Notes under the pieces: model-generated | The model's database searches: none | What the model was told of the DNA's origin: nothing | What the model saw: the letters and a program-made list of their open reading frames with translations, nothing else | Made by a program: the position numbers and the translations under genes | In this document: positions 1 to 9,360 of the stretch, in pieces | Numbering within the stretch: the first letter of the stretch is position 1 | Layout of the letters: the number at the start of each line of letters is the position of its first letter | Origin: Deltaproteobacteria bacterium | Lineage (GTDB): Bacteria; Myxococcota; Kuafuiibacteriia; Kuafuiibacteriales; Kuafuiibacteriaceae | Reading direction: 5' to 3' | DNA length: 64,000 bases | Assembly (NCBI GenBank): GCA_040218735.1 | Contig: JAVJQW010000019.1 | Location: forward strand, 192,001 to 256,000

Positions 1-274
1 CGAGCGATGCGCGGAACGCAGTTGCGCTCGGCGGCTCGACGAACTGTGTATCGCCCTTGAGCCGGCCGAGGAGCGTGAACTCGTACGTCTCGCCTTCGTC
101 GAGCTCCACGCGCGGCTCAGCGCCAGGGAACACGAGTTCGACCTCAGGCGTGTTGGAGCCCTGCTTCGTAACGATGAGCTTCAGCTCGACCTCAGAGGGG
201 CCGCAGCCAGGCAGGTAGGCGAGAAGGGCCGAGCAGGCTATGAGGAACCGAGCTTTGTGCCACGAACGTTGCAT
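1..274 (-). CDS. Putative lipoprotein, runs off the window edge
   Basis: ATG at 274 with GGAGG RBS upstream; MQRSWHKARFLIACSALLAYLPGCGPSEVELKL... has a signal peptide with LPGC lipobox-like motif; frame stays open to position 1. Confidence 0.7.
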   Translation of the reverse strand, partial: MQRSWHKARFLIACSALLAYLPGCGPSEVELKLIVTKQGSNTPEVELVFPGAEPRVELDEGETYEFTLLGRLKGDTQFVEPPSATAFRASL

Positions 275-354
275 CGTCTAACCTCCGCTTTCGCGAGATG
301 CCGCGCCGCTGCACTCGAAGGGGCAGAGACGGGGCAGGTAACTGCAACGTCTTG

Positions 355-370
355 AGCAAGCTCCGATCCA
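355..370 (-). promoter_or_regulatory. Candidate sigma54 (-24/-12) promoter
   Basis: TGGATCG-GAGC-TTGCT has the exact GG-N10-GC spacing of TGGCACG-N4-TTGCW, ~80 bp upstream of the lipoprotein start. Confidence 0.5.
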
Positions 371-491
371 GGCGCCAAGGGTCCGGAGATCCGGCCGAGG
401 GGCCTGTAACGTGCTGCTTCTCTACGTCGCAGCCGTAACCAGCTCCAATGATACAGGGGGGGCGCCCGGATTCAAGATTCGGGCAGGGACA

Positions 492-974
492 CTAGCGGGT
501 GATCTGCGTTACGTACGCGAAGCCCTTCGCGTCGTTCCGGAGGTAGAGCGTAACGACCTGACCAACCTTGCCACGAGCCAGCGGCTCGACTCCGTTTTGC
601 ATGACAGCGACCCGAATCGCGGTCTTCGGGATGTCTCGCATCTGGCGGTAGCGTTTGCGGTCCACGTCGCCATCGACGATGTAGATTACGCGACCGTCCT
701 CGAGCGCGAGGAGCTCTGCGCGGACCTTGTTTTCGCGGCTGACGAGCTTGAGGTCGTGACGGCCGGGAACGAAGTGCCGATGCATCACCGGCGCGGGCAC
801 CTTCCGTTTCTTCAGCTTCTCCAGGAAGGCCTCGTTCTCGCGCTGATGCTCCGCTTCAAGAGACTGGAGCGAAATGGAGGTCGGCGCAGTGTTCTTGCCG
901 TCCCCAGCGTAGGCCGGGACGGACAGGGCAGCGACCAGCCCAAGGGTCATGAGTGCGTTTAGCTTGGTAGGCAT
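492..974 (-). CDS. Secreted hypothetical protein
   Basis: GAGGAG RBS; signal peptide ending VPAYA; 15 bp downstream of pilY1. Confidence 0.75.
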   Translation of the reverse strand: MPTKLNALMTLGLVAALSVPAYAGDGKNTAPTSISLQSLEAEHQRENEAFLEKLKKRKVPAPVMHRHFVPGRHDLKLVSRENKVRAELLALEDGRVIYIVDGDVDRKRYRQMRDIPKTAIRVAVMQNGVEPLARGKVGQVVTLYLRNDAKGFAYVTQITR

Positions 975-989
975 GTCTGACTCCTCTGC

Positions 990-3900
990 TTAGAAGGACG
1001 GGTCGACCTGCAGTCGCCACATGTAGAGGCGGACTGCGCGACGGTTTTGGCGAGCCGGCAGCATCGGCTGGGCCGCTGCGCCCGGCTCGGGCGTTCCGGT
1101 CGTGACGACGGGAGGCCCATCTGCGGGAGTGTAGAGCAGGAGATCACCGCCAATGTCCGTGTTGCCCTGCCAGACTCGACGATCGTTGGCATTGACGCCG
1201 TTGACGCCGTTCATGTCGCCCAGCGGAGCCGCGTTACAGTTGTCGACCGCGTACACCGAGTCGATACCCGTCGCCGAAACGCACTCCGTCGCCTTGTTGA
1301 TGGGCTCATAGGTCTTGAAGTAGGCCACGCCGTCGATGACCAGCGGGTTGCGGAGAATCTGTGCGTCAGGCGTAACGGCGACGTACCAGCCGTTGCCTGT
1401 CTGCGAAGCAAAGGCCGCATTGGCGTAGTCCACGCTGGTCACTGCCGTTGCGTCGTAGAGCTGCTCCAGGCCGAGGTCGGTCGTCGAACTCCCGTCATCC
1501 CAGATCACGCCGTAGACGTTGAAGTCCGGTGCGCCGCCGGCCGCGTCCGGACCGGGGATAATCGGCGGCCAGCCAGGAACAGGAGGCGTCGAGATCGCCG
1601 AGTTGCGGAGGTTCAGGTCCAGGGCCGGACGCTGCACGTTCCCCGTGCCGAAGTACACGCCGAATCGGCGAGCGCCCGTGCAGGTGGAGATCGCGACGTC
1701 CAGCTTCGTGAAGATCTTTCGGTAGTCCTTCGAGTCGCGCGGGAGCGGGGCGCCGTCGTTGTTGAGGTGCGCGATGCGGCGGACGTTGAAGAAGCCGCCG
1801 GGGCCCGGGGCCGTGCTCGGGGCGCGTTCGATCGCCCAGATCTGGCCGCACTCGTCGCCGACGTACGCGGTGCGGAAGAGGCCGCCCTCTCGGTAGACCG
1901 TGGGCTCCGCGGAGATCGGGCACGTGAAGTTGGTGAGCGCGGGGTGCGTCGTCCGGTCGAGGCAGACGCCGCGGACCGGCGGGGAGTCGCCGCAGTCGTA
2001 GGTCACGCGGGCGAGGATCGCGCCCTCCTGCTGGTTGTTGGTCGGCAGGTCGTTGAAGGTCGTCGCCGCCGCCGCCGGGGCCGCCGCGAGACCGTTGTAG
2101 TTGAACGAGTTCAGGTCGACGAAGTACACCGTCGGCATCCGCTGACCCGGCGACGGCGCCGTCGTGTTCGCCGTCTGGTAGTCGATGCTCGCGATCGTCC
2201 AGCCCGACGCCGCGCTGTCGTCGATGCCGTCCGTCACCACGTTCAGGCGGAAGCCGTTGGTGTCGTAGATCCAGGGCGTCACCGCGGGGCCGGCGTTGCC
2301 GGTGTACCGGACGACCTCGTTGCCCGTGCTGTCCGTGACCGCGACGTAGTCGTTCGCCTGCATGTTGATGCCGGAGAAACGAACGCGATACGCCTTGCCG
2401 CCGTTACCCGAGCTGAACTGGAACGGACCGAGCGGGATCGTGTAACCCGACCCACTCCCGTTGCCGGACAGCGGCGAACCGGGGTGCGCGCTCCAACCGG
2501 ACCAGTCGTAACACGGCTTCAGCGCCGCGGTCGCGTTGGCCGCGCTCGGGTTGTAGAGCGGAAGGATGTCCGCGAGCAGGTCGGTCAGGAACGTCGTCAT
2601 ACCGCTCGTGCAGTAGCCATTGCCGCTCGTGCAGGGCTGGCACTGCGCCGGGTTGCAGAGGATGTTGCGCGTAGCCGGAGGAATGATGAGGCCGAGCGGG
2701 TTGAGCAGCGGGTCCGTCTCGAGCGCCGTGCACACCGCGTTGATCGCGCCACCGAGGCTGCACTCCGCCGCCGAGATGCCGAGCACACCGCAGAGATCGT
2801 TGTGCTGAACGTTGCTCGGGCCGGGCGGTAGGTTGCTCTGGAGGGCACCGAAGTCCACGGTGTTGATGTCGTCCTCGCGGTCGTGACCGGAGACGATGAT
2901 GCCCGTCGGGACGACCGACTGCGTGTCGACCTCGCGGAAGTTACCGACCCACATCGGCGCCCACGTCTCGCGAAGGTGACGCAGCGAAGACTGCTGGTCG
3001 TCGATGCTCAGCGCCTGCGGCGCGAGGCTCGCGGCGTTGCCACCGAAGTTCGCCGACACGTCGAACTTCAGGTACTGCCGACCACCGCGCCCGAGGCCGA
3101 AGATGAGGTACGCCGTCTCGGCGTTGTTGATGTTGCCGTCGCCATTGCGGTCGTCGTGGTAGAGGCGGCCCTTGCCGTCGAAGTAGTAGCGCCGCATCTC
3201 GTCGAGCGTCGGCTGGTCCATGATGTCGCGGAGCTGGTGCGTGTTGACGAGGTTGTCGGACCACAGGTGGCCCGGGATGACCGCCGAGATCTCCCAGCCG
3301 TTCGCCGCGTCGTAGAAGTGCAGCATGCCTTCGTTCGAGTTCACCGCGAGGAAGCAGTTACCGGGCGCCTGGCAGTTGTCGGCGTAGCGGATCAGGATCG
3401 TGGAGCCGTTGATCGTGTCGCCGATCGGCCACTGATCGACCGCGATCGGGTTGCTGTCTGCGACCGTGGCGCACCCGCTCGCGCCGACCGCCTCGGCCGT
3501 GTAGCCGAACAGCTTGTTGACGAGCTCCGCGTGCTGGCACCAACCGCTCGTGTTGGTGAACGTCGGGTTGAACACGGCCGGGTTGCCGCGCGGGCCGGTG
3601 ATCGGAATCCAGCTCGGCGTTCCGGGCGCCCACGTCATGATGTTACGGCCCGCGTAGGGCGCCGCCGGGATGACCGCCGGGTTCGCCGGATCCGCGAACG
3701 TGTGCGTCGGCATCACCGCGCCGGTACCGCCGACATTGGCGTCCTGCGTGTTCGTGAACGTCCAGATGTCGAGCGGCGTCGGGTTCGCGAGGAGCGCGCC
3801 GGTCGGCGAGCCGCCCTGACGGAGGAACATGCAATCTACGCTGCCCGGGTTGGCCGGGGAGAGGAGCTGCGGGTCGACGCAGTACTTCTTCGTCGTGCCG

Positions 3901-4994
3901 TGCCACGAGCCGCGGTCGAACGGGCGGAACGACGTCACGTAGACGTAGTTGCCCGAGAACAGTCCGTCGTTCTGCAGCGTGCCCGGCGAGAACGCCACGT
4001 TGGAGCGCGCGATGACCGACAGGATGATCGTCTGGAACGCGTTCGCGAGCTCGCCGTACGTCGTCGGCGTGAAGGCCTGCCCGAGGCCCGCCGTCGCCAT
4101 GTCGTCGAGGAGGATCTCGGCCGCCGCGCCCGCGTCGAACGCGACCGTGTAGGTCCGGATGTCCTGGTTGCCATCGACGTCCGAGTCGACGTCGATCGTG
4201 TCGATCACCGGGGTCGAGATGTCGGCGTCGACCATGTAGGCCGCCGCGACGTCGGTGTGGGGCGCCGAGCCGTTGAGGTCACGAATCGTGCTGCCACCGC
4301 CCAGCGGATCGATGAGCTGTGCGAGCGCGCCGATCTGCCAGTTGTTGACCGCGCTGCCGTTCGAGGAGCCGTCGGACATCACGACGAGGTAGTTCTGGCG
4401 GCACTGGAGCGTGTTGTTGCAGCCGGTGGCGCCGGAGGTCGTCGGCGACGCACAAGGGGAGCCACCCGTCGCGCTGTAGCGGAAGAAGTCCGTCTGGTAC
4501 TGCGCGCCAGCGTAGTACTGCTGGGCGAGGGGGGTGCCGCCCTGCGGGCTCATCGCGAGGATGTCGTTCTGGATGCCGTTGAGGTTGCCGCCCGCGGTGT
4601 TGAAGCCGCCATTGGTCGTGATGCCATCGCCGGTGTTCGTGCCGAACAGACGCAGCGCAAAGAGGGCACGGGACGCGAAGGGGAGGTCCAAGATGCCGTC
4701 CGTAATTCCGGTGCAGCCGGTCATGGCCGCCTTGAGGAGGTCGATCTTACGGTAGTTCGCCGGGTTGAACGTCCGTGAAGGCGCCGCGACGAGCGCGCCG
4801 ATCGAGTCGAAGTAGCCGCAGTTCGGCGCGGTCCCCGTCGAGTCGTTCATCGAGCAAGACGAGTCCAGAATCAGCTGAATCTGCGGAAGTGTGTCCGCAC
4901 CGCGAAGAATGTCCAAGCCGTCCGGATAGGTCGGCCCTCCGGCGACGACCTGTCCCGCTAGCGCGGTCGTGACGACGAGCATCGAGTTCAGCAT
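990..4994 (-). CDS. pilY1: PilY1/PilC-family type IV pilus tip adhesin (vWA domain, beta-propeller, CUB-like insert)
   Basis: Signal peptide; vWA MIDAS LILDSSCSM, GGTPL, VVMSDG; PilC-type motifs NEGMLHFYDA, LIFGLGRGG, AYVGDECGQIW, VYFGTG; downstream of a prepilin gene. Confidence 0.85.
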   Translation of the reverse strand: MLNSMLVVTTALAGQVVAGGPTYPDGLDILRGADTLPQIQLILDSSCSMNDSTGTAPNCGYFDSIGALVAAPSRTFNPANYRKIDLLKAAMTGCTGITDGILDLPFASRALFALRLFGTNTGDGITTNGGFNTAGGNLNGIQNDILAMSPQGGTPLAQQYYAGAQYQTDFFRYSATGGSPCASPTTSGATGCNNTLQCRQNYLVVMSDGSSNGSAVNNWQIGALAQLIDPLGGGSTIRDLNGSAPHTDVAAAYMVDADISTPVIDTIDVDSDVDGNQDIRTYTVAFDAGAAAEILLDDMATAGLGQAFTPTTYGELANAFQTIILSVIARSNVAFSPGTLQNDGLFSGNYVYVTSFRPFDRGSWHGTTKKYCVDPQLLSPANPGSVDCMFLRQGGSPTGALLANPTPLDIWTFTNTQDANVGGTGAVMPTHTFADPANPAVIPAAPYAGRNIMTWAPGTPSWIPITGPRGNPAVFNPTFTNTSGWCQHAELVNKLFGYTAEAVGASGCATVADSNPIAVDQWPIGDTINGSTILIRYADNCQAPGNCFLAVNSNEGMLHFYDAANGWEISAVIPGHLWSDNLVNTHQLRDIMDQPTLDEMRRYYFDGKGRLYHDDRNGDGNINNAETAYLIFGLGRGGRQYLKFDVSANFGGNAASLAPQALSIDDQQSSLRHLRETWAPMWVGNFREVDTQSVVPTGIIVSGHDREDDINTVDFGALQSNLPPGPSNVQHNDLCGVLGISAAECSLGGAINAVCTALETDPLLNPLGLIIPPATRNILCNPAQCQPCTSGNGYCTSGMTTFLTDLLADILPLYNPSAANATAALKPCYDWSGWSAHPGSPLSGNGSGSGYTIPLGPFQFSSGNGGKAYRVRFSGINMQANDYVAVTDSTGNEVVRYTGNAGPAVTPWIYDTNGFRLNVVTDGIDDSAASGWTIASIDYQTANTTAPSPGQRMPTVYFVDLNSFNYNGLAAAPAAAATTFNDLPTNNQQEGAILARVTYDCGDSPPVRGVCLDRTTHPALTNFTCPISAEPTVYREGGLFRTAYVGDECGQIWAIERAPSTAPGPGGFFNVRRIAHLNNDGAPLPRDSKDYRKIFTKLDVAISTCTGARRFGVYFGTGNVQRPALDLNLRNSAISTPPVPGWPPIIPGPDAAGGAPDFNVYGVIWDDGSSTTDLGLEQLYDATAVTSVDYANAAFASQTGNGWYVAVTPDAQILRNPLVIDGVAYFKTYEPINKATECVSATGIDSVYAVDNCNAAPLGDMNGVNGVNANDRRVWQGNTDIGGDLLLYTPADGPPVVTTGTPEPGAAAQPMLPARQNRRAVRLYMWRLQVDPSF

Positions 4995-5070
4995 CCGTGG
5001 TCTCCCCTTCCCGTAGCGCCACGCACACCGGACCTCGGTGGTGCACGGGCGTGTCGGACCCTACTTCTCT

Positions 5071-5086
5071 TGCATCCGCAGGGCCA
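5071..5086 (-). promoter_or_regulatory. Candidate sigma54 promoter for pilY1
   Basis: TGGCCCT-GCGG-ATGCA with GG-N10-GC spacing, ~77 bp upstream of the pilY1 ATG. Confidence 0.5.
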
Positions 5087-5118
5087 GTTCTCGGCCCACA
5101 CGATTCCACGCGCAAGTA

Positions 5119-5152
5119 TGCAAGGTTCGTCGATCGAACCCCAGGCCTTGCA
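5119..5152. promoter_or_regulatory. Inverted repeat (hairpin after fimT stop or activator-binding site)
   Basis: TGCAAGG(5119-5125)...CCTTGCA(5146-5152) plus inner GGTTCG(5124-5129)/CGAACC(5135-5140). Confidence 0.4.
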
Positions 5153-5156
5153 CGTC

Positions 5157-5666
5157 CTACATGAAGGAGGCGCTGCCCCCGTAAGTCACCGTGATGGTGC
5201 GCTGTCCGCCGCCATGCGTGTCCGTCATGACGATGTTGATGTTGTTCGCCTGGTCCAGCGTCCCGTTCCGTCGGAAGCGAATCTCGGTCCCCACCGCAGG
5301 CGCGGTGATCGAGAACCCTGCCCCGTACTTCGTCAGCATGTCGACGACCTCGACCGCGACCTCGCTCCCGTTCGACGTGTTGTCGTTGTCGACGAACACC
5401 GAATAACTCGTCGCCGACACGATCCGAATCCCGGCCTGCACCGTGCGCTGGCCCGCCGCGAACGCCCCCGGAGGGGTCGTCCCGGTCTTGGCCATGCTCC
5501 GGGCCTTCCTAAAGTCACCGACCATCGCGTTGGCCGCCGACCGCATGTCCGCCTTCGCCGTGGACCGCTGGAAGGTCGCCATCGCGATCACGGCCCCGAT
5601 GGCCACGATCCCGATCACCACCATCACCTCGAGCATCGTGAATCCGCTTTTCGTCCGTCGCTGCAT
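5157..5666 (-). CDS. fimT: FimT/GspH-like minor pilin
   Basis: Class III signal SG/FTMLEVMVVIGIVAIG; ...AMVGDFRKARSMA; C-terminal IRFRRNG typical of GspH/FimT. Confidence 0.85.
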   Translation of the reverse strand: MQRRTKSGFTMLEVMVVIGIVAIGAVIAMATFQRSTAKADMRSAANAMVGDFRKARSMAKTGTTPPGAFAAGQRTVQAGIRIVSATSYSVFVDNDNTSNGSEVAVEVVDMLTKYGAGFSITAPAVGTEIRFRRNGTLDQANNINIVMTDTHGGGQRTITVTYGGSASFM

Positions 5667-5713
5667 GGTCGTTCCCTTCCTCATCTTGGACGTCGGCAGA
5701 TTCGTTGTCGAAT

Positions 5714-7078
5714 TCAAACCCGCATCGCGTCGATCGGCCCGACCCGCAGATCCGCCTCGTCGCTCGTGATTCCGGCGTTGTGCATCAACGTCTGGATGAT
5801 GTGCTCCGGCCGCGGCACATCGCCGCCCGGGTCCGGACGCCCCGTCGCGAGGTCGATCGCCAACGGCTCGAGCCCCACGTCGCTCGACTGCCCGACGACG
5901 GTGCCCCCCTTGATCCCCGCGCCCGCCACGAAGCTCGCGTTGGTGAGCGAGTGGTCCCGGCCGCCGCGCTCGTTGAGCATCGCGGTCCGCGAGAACTCCG
6001 AGAACCCGACGATCACCGTGTGGTCGAGCCACGACTCACTCGTGTCCTTGTACTGACTCGACTCGAGGTCCTCGATCAGCCGCGCCACCGCGTTGAAGCC
6101 GCGCTGCTGGTTCGGCCCCTGGTCGGACGCCCACTCGTCGAAGTGTGTGTCGAGCCCGTTCGCCACCTGCATGCTCACGACGCGACTCACGCCGCCCTTG
6201 ATCGCCTGCGCCGCCATCGCCGCTTGCGCCTCCGCGGACTGAAGCCCCGCGTTCCCCGCACCGATCGCGTAGTGGTCGCGGATCGCCGCCATCGACGGCG
6301 CCGAGAAATCGAACAACCGATCCAGCGCCCCGACCGTCATCTGACGCGCCTTCTGACGACCCGTCTCCGCCGCCTGCCACGTCGGCGAGCGCTGCGCGCC
6401 CCGACACGACGCCACCGTCGACAGCAGGTGATCGAGCTGGTTCGCCTGGAGCACCTCGAGCTGCGGATCCGCCGGACGCAACGCCCGGATCAGATCCGGC
6501 ACGCCGTTCGCGGAGAGCGCCGTCGCGAAGTTCGGCTGGTCGACGTTGTACGACTCCACCCGAATCGACAGGTTCGGGATCGGCTCCTCCTGCCCGAAGC
6601 GCGCCGCGAACCACGTCGCCGCGGAGGACCCGCGCGCCTGAAGACCGCTCGGCGGCTTGCCGGTGATGAAGCGCCTACGCCCCGCTTCGTGCGTGAGCGT
6701 CTCCATGCTCATGCCACGGACGACCGCAAGTTTGCTTGCATGCGCCGCGAGGTCACCGATGTGCGGACCGAACGTGATGCCGCCGGCGCGCACGAGCTGA
6801 CCGTCGCCGCTCTCCAGCAGGTCGTACGCCGGCTGGATGCGCGTGGTCCGCGAGTTCTCCTCGGTGAACACCGCGGGGTCGCGCGGGTCGAGGCCGAGGA
6901 GGATGTCCCAGCCGCCCGAGAAGTACGCGAACACGTAGTACGTGTCCTTGCCTTCGCTCGCGCGGGCGAGCTGCGAGAGCGGGCCGGCTCCGCCGAACAC
7001 CGCCATGCCGCCGCCGAGCGCGAGCGTTCCCTTGAGTAGATTGCGACGCGTGATGCCTGTCTTGTTCGTCTTCGTCAC
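5714..7078 (-). CDS. DUF1501-family Tat-exported protein
   Basis: GTG start; twin-arginine TRRNLLK; FSGGWD, GLDTH, FSEFSRT, GRDH motifs. Confidence 0.85.
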   Translation of the reverse strand: MTKTNKTGITRRNLLKGTLALGGGMAVFGGAGPLSQLARASEGKDTYYVFAYFSGGWDILLGLDPRDPAVFTEENSRTTRIQPAYDLLESGDGQLVRAGGITFGPHIGDLAAHASKLAVVRGMSMETLTHEAGRRRFITGKPPSGLQARGSSAATWFAARFGQEEPIPNLSIRVESYNVDQPNFATALSANGVPDLIRALRPADPQLEVLQANQLDHLLSTVASCRGAQRSPTWQAAETGRQKARQMTVGALDRLFDFSAPSMAAIRDHYAIGAGNAGLQSAEAQAAMAAQAIKGGVSRVVSMQVANGLDTHFDEWASDQGPNQQRGFNAVARLIEDLESSQYKDTSESWLDHTVIVGFSEFSRTAMLNERGGRDHSLTNASFVAGAGIKGGTVVGQSSDVGLEPLAIDLATGRPDPGGDVPRPEHIIQTLMHNAGITSDEADLRVGPIDAMRV

Positions 7079-7089
7079 TTCAGGCCACC

Positions 7090-7785
7090 TCAGTACGTGT
7101 AGAAATCCGGGTGCGTGAACAGCCCGACGCAGAGCGTCCGCCACACCGCCGGCTGCGATTCGGTCACGTGGTCCGCGCTCTGGAACAACCACTTCCAGGG
7201 CTCGAGCTCCGGAGCGCCCGCCTCGAGCTTGCGCCCGTGGAACCGCAGCAGCAGCGCGATCAGGTTCGCCTCCACCGCCGCCGGGTGGTCCGCGTAGGTC
7301 GTCGACGGGGTCGCGTGCTGGAAGAAGACCCGGTCCGCCTCGGCGCGCCGGCCCTCCTCCACCATCAGGTCGTCACACACCGCGCGCGACGCGTCGTCCA
7401 AGAACTTCTGGAACATCGCCGACGGGTCGAGGTTCTCGTCGGTCGTTTGAATGTAATCCGGCTTGCCGAGCGTCGACGCCAGCTCCTCGAACAGGTTCAC
7501 CTCGGTGTTCCCGCGCTGCTCCGTCCACCCGATGCCGCCCGTCACCTGACGAATCGCGGCGTCGAGCTGATCGAGGTCCATGCGACGACGACGACGGAAC
7601 GGATCCTCCGGACGCGCCTCGGGCGGCAGCAGCTCACCCTCCCCTTCGGTCGTCACGACGACGTCGACGGGATCCGGCGTGGTCGTCGGCGGGATCGGCG
7701 GCGGATTCACCGTCTGCACCGAGTCCGCCGGGCAGCCGTACACAAACGCGAGCGCCAACGCGCCCATCCAAGTCATGCGCTTCAT
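7090..7785 (-). CDS. Lipoprotein of the DUF1501 operon
   Basis: MKRMTWMGALALAFVYGC lipobox; TGATG overlap with upstream gene; C-terminal WRTLCVGLFTHPDFYTY. Confidence 0.8.
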   Translation of the reverse strand: MKRMTWMGALALAFVYGCPADSVQTVNPPPIPPTTTPDPVDVVVTTEGEGELLPPEARPEDPFRRRRRMDLDQLDAAIRQVTGGIGWTEQRGNTEVNLFEELASTLGKPDYIQTTDENLDPSAMFQKFLDDASRAVCDDLMVEEGRRAEADRVFFQHATPSTTYADHPAAVEANLIALLLRFHGRKLEAGAPELEPWKWLFQSADHVTESQPAVWRTLCVGLFTHPDFYTY

Positions 7786-9356
7786 CAGCGGACCCTCCGG
7801 TACACGTCGCTCGTCACTATCGCCTTCACCAGCGCCTTGTACGAGTAGTTCGAAGCCACGAACGAGCGCCCGAGCGCCTCGAGCCACGTGCGCTCCTCGG
7901 TGTTCAGGTCACGACCGAACAGCCCCTCCATCGCGCGCTGCGCCGAGCAGCGTGGGAAGCGGTCGTCGACGATCGCCGTGTTCACCAGGTGCTTGGGCCC
8001 GAGGTCCACGTTGAGCTGGTGGCTCTCGCGCAGGAAGTTGTACGCGTTGAGGTGCCCCGCGAACTCCATTTCCACCGAGGAGAGCGGCCGGGTCACGTAG
8101 TACAGACGGCACTCGCGGCTGCACAGCCGCCCGGTCATCGCACACGTTCGGCAGTCTTCGCGCTCCGCCGGGAACGTCTCGGCGTCGAGGAAGCCCGCGC
8201 CGCGCTCCGCCCAGCGACCCCAGTGCGCCGCGGCCGGCTCGAGGAGCGCGTGGCAGTAGCGGCAGCCTTCGCGCTGTTGCAGATCCGGGTGCGGGAGCGC
8301 GTTCGGATCACCGCCCGGCAACCCACCGGTGGGCGGGCTGAACGGCGCGCAGAGGAAGGCCTCGAAGAACCGGTTCGCGCGCGCGCGGTTCGTCTGGAAG
8401 CGCAGCAGATACGCCGGGCTCGTCAGCACACCCGCGTGCCCCTCGGGGAGCTCGATCTCCTGGAAGTTGTACGTGTCGGCCGTGTAGGCGAGCTCGGGGA
8501 GGCGGTCGAGGTCGTACGCGACCGGCTCGAGCGTCACGTTCGCGGGGACGCCGCGCTGACGCTGCAGGTAGTGGACGATCGGACCGTCGACGAACGCGGT
8601 GCGGCTCGTGAACAGGTCCGTGTACGGGAGGTCCTCGCGGATGATCTTCGCGATGCGCATGTCGACGTCGATCCCGAGCGACGTCTGCACCGCGTCGTAC
8701 GCGCCGTAGCGGCACAGCCCGAGCTCGGGACCGCAGCCACACTTCGGGTCGTTGAAGCCGCTGTTCGTCGTGCAGTCCGCGCCGGTGGGGGAGACGGCGT
8801 TTTCCTGCGCGTCCGAGGCGCACACCCGGATGAGGCTCTCCGGATCCCAGTACGGCCGGACCTCGACGTAACCCTCGCGCCGAACGCCGTCGCCCTCGTC
8901 GACGAAGACGATCTCTCCGTTGGCGTCGAACTGCGCCGGCTCGTCGCGGCACGGGACGAAGTCGCCGCGGTACACGAGCGCCGGGCGATAACGCCAGTAC
9001 AGCTGCCCGGTCCGACGGAACGACGTCCGGTAGTTCATCAGGTTCACGTTCGTGACGTTGTTCCAGAGGAACGACCGGTGGATGCGCACCGCGCGCTCGA
9101 CGAACGCGTCGGTGTCGAGCATCTGCTCGATCATCTCCACCGGGACGTCGTCGACCTCGTCGAGCTGCGCGTAGTCCTGAGGCGAGGGGACCGTCCCGAG
9201 CAGGTCGAGGTACAGGCTCCGTAGGTACCCATACTTGTCGAGCCGCGGCTCGTCCGCGCGACACAGATCTTCCTCGTTGTTCGGCGTCTGCGCCGAAGCC
9301 ACGCCCGAGACCAAGAGGAGGGACAGCGCCCAACCCCCAACTCGTGTTCGTTTCAT
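7785..9356 (-). CDS. Secreted DUF1549/DUF1553/DUF1585-like protein with heme c motif
   Basis: Signal peptide; YLRSLYLDLLGTVP, HAGVLTSPAYL, NRARA, CRYCH (CxxCH), C-terminal YKALVKAIVTSDVYR. Confidence 0.8.
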   Translation of the reverse strand: MKRTRVGGWALSLLLVSGVASAQTPNNEEDLCRADEPRLDKYGYLRSLYLDLLGTVPSPQDYAQLDEVDDVPVEMIEQMLDTDAFVERAVRIHRSFLWNNVTNVNLMNYRTSFRRTGQLYWRYRPALVYRGDFVPCRDEPAQFDANGEIVFVDEGDGVRREGYVEVRPYWDPESLIRVCASDAQENAVSPTGADCTTNSGFNDPKCGCGPELGLCRYGAYDAVQTSLGIDVDMRIAKIIREDLPYTDLFTSRTAFVDGPIVHYLQRQRGVPANVTLEPVAYDLDRLPELAYTADTYNFQEIELPEGHAGVLTSPAYLLRFQTNRARANRFFEAFLCAPFSPPTGGLPGGDPNALPHPDLQQREGCRYCHALLEPAAAHWGRWAERGAGFLDAETFPAEREDCRTCAMTGRLCSRECRLYYVTRPLSSVEMEFAGHLNAYNFLRESHQLNVDLGPKHLVNTAIVDDRFPRCSAQRAMEGLFGRDLNTEERTWLEALGRSFVASNYSYKALVKAIVTSDVYRRVR

Positions 9357-9360
9357 CGCT

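Noticed and set aside
1047-4778. Long + strand ORFs opposite pilY1, and many similar antisense ORFs across the window
   Set aside because: Shadow ORFs of high-GC coding sequence; Arg/Ala/Val-rich with no motifs
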